Virus record (IMG/VR): IMGVR_UViG_3300035681_000001
Location: 1-64,000 of that record
Reading direction: 5' to 3' (one strand)
DNA: 64,000 bases
Origin: a virus
The notes below the pieces were generated by a model. It was not told the origin of the DNA and made no database searches. It saw nothing but the letters and a program-made list of their open reading frames with translations. The position numbers and the translations under genes are program-made. Positions 63,238 through 64,000 of the stretch are shown here, piece by piece (the first letter of the stretch is position 1; each line of letters begins with the position of its first letter).

Positions 63238-63309
63238 AGCCCCCTACGAGGAATCGAACCCGCAACGGTATCTTACAAGGATACTGTTTTACCTTTAAAC
63301 TAAGAGGGC
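63238..63309 (-). tRNA. trnT: tRNA-Thr(UGU), no encoded CCA
   Basis: Acceptor GCCCTCT/AGGGGGC and anticodon arm GTATC-CTTGTAA-GATAC. The T-loop is TTCGATT with a slightly bulged T-stem. Confidence 0.85.
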
Positions 63310-63317
63310 AGCTTTAT

Positions 63318-63326
63318 ATTATACCA
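63318..63326 (-). promoter_or_regulatory. extended -10 (TGGTATAAT) for the tRNA
   Basis: Consensus TGnTATAAT, 8 nt upstream of the tRNA 5' end. Confidence 0.6.
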
Positions 63327-63327
63327 G

Positions 63328-64000
63328 CTACCCTAGTTGATTGCCCATACGCGGGCCAGTAGGCGTCCAATGCCCTGAGCCCCGATGACCTAAAGGCATA
63401 GGTTCGTGTGCAGCTGCTGCAGATTGTCGGTGGCTACCAGCAGGGTCATGCCCTATGCTTTCCACTAGAGTAGTGTATTTCTGAACCAAGCTGATACGTG
63501 CCACTTCTCCCTTTACTTCAGTTTCTTTAGTAGCTACTAGCTGCTTATCATCCCGAACTACCTTAAGCATGGGCTCTGCGTGTTGACTTGCTTTAGGATT
63601 TTGGTTTTCTACCACCACTTGGTGGTTTACTGGTGCTTTAGGTGTAGTTACTAAAGCTGCTGCACCTGCAGCCACTAAAGCTAATACCGCTGCCTGGCGT
63701 TCAGGAGCTACAGCTGAAGCTATCTCAACCTGAGTTTGTCTGATACTAGACTCGTAACTAACTTCAGGTAAGACAACACGTTGTACTGGATGTCTGGTCT
63801 TAACAGGATTTATGGGTATAACTACAGCAGGTTTAGGTACTAAACCACCACCTTTAGCACCTACACCTCGAAGTGCATTTTGAGGCGTAGGTAATACTGG
63901 AGCTTTAGGTAAGGTAGTGTTAATTACATCTCTAGCATGTACTACAGAAACACCGGATTGAGTTTCAAAATAACCAGACAAGCCTGTCCCACCCTGCTTA
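63328..64000 (-). CDS. C-terminal part of a minus-strand gene (runs off window end)
   Basis: The frame is open upstream of the TTG at 63981 (KQGGTGLSGY...). Pro/Ala/Val-rich low-complexity sequence. Confidence 0.7.
   Translation of the reverse strand, partial: KQGGTGLSGYFETQSGVSVVHARDVINTTLPKAPVLPTPQNALRGVGAKGGGLVPKPAVVIPINPVKTRHPVQRVVLPEVSYESSIRQTQVEIASAVAPERQAAVLALVAAGAAALVTTPKAPVNHQVVVENQNPKASQHAEPMLKVVRDDKQLVATKETEVKGEVARISLVQKYTTLVESIGHDPAGSHRQSAAAAHEPMPLGHRGSGHWTPTGPRMGNQLG

Noticed and set aside
1-64000. Alternative genetic code (TAG recoding), suggested by frequent CTAG/TAG-containing words
   Set aside because: Conserved genes are long and intact under the standard code, and TAG ends several genes at plausible positions.

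Overview
This is a 64 kb internal segment of a large dsDNA phage genome, most likely a cyanophage. The host inference rests on a cyanophage-type RNR alpha/beta pair, ThyX, a CP12-type C-terminus, a cyanobacterial-type RpoD-like sigma factor and cyanophage-like giant tail-fibre proteins. Minus-strand blocks of virion and tail genes are interleaved with plus-strand genes for replication, recombination and nucleotide metabolism: PolA, RecA, primase, two SF2 helicases, a DnaX-like clamp loader, UDG, RuvC, a RecB-like nuclease, ThyX and RNR. The standout feature is an apparently complete phage-encoded prokaryotic ubiquitin-like conjugation system related to PRTRC/Prok-E2. A JAB protease gene, an E2 family-D gene and a ThiF/E1 gene abut at 24231-28854, and an unlinked Ubl ending ...DTKG-DPKAQ lies at 7333-7668. 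The JAB gene is only recognisable after splicing out a group I intron inserted inside its metal-binding motif. Other self-splicing elements are a 292-aa intein in sigma-70 region 2 and a group I intron in PolA motif C whose LAGLIDADG gene is antisense. PolA is further split by an overlapping winged-helix-like ORF. The window also has a CP12-tail fusion protein, a Cys-to-Ser phosphatase-like protein, tRNA-Thr(UGU), a tRNA-like element with a shortened anticodon arm and several GC-rich imported patches. All family assignments come from motif recognition by eye, and no database searches were run.
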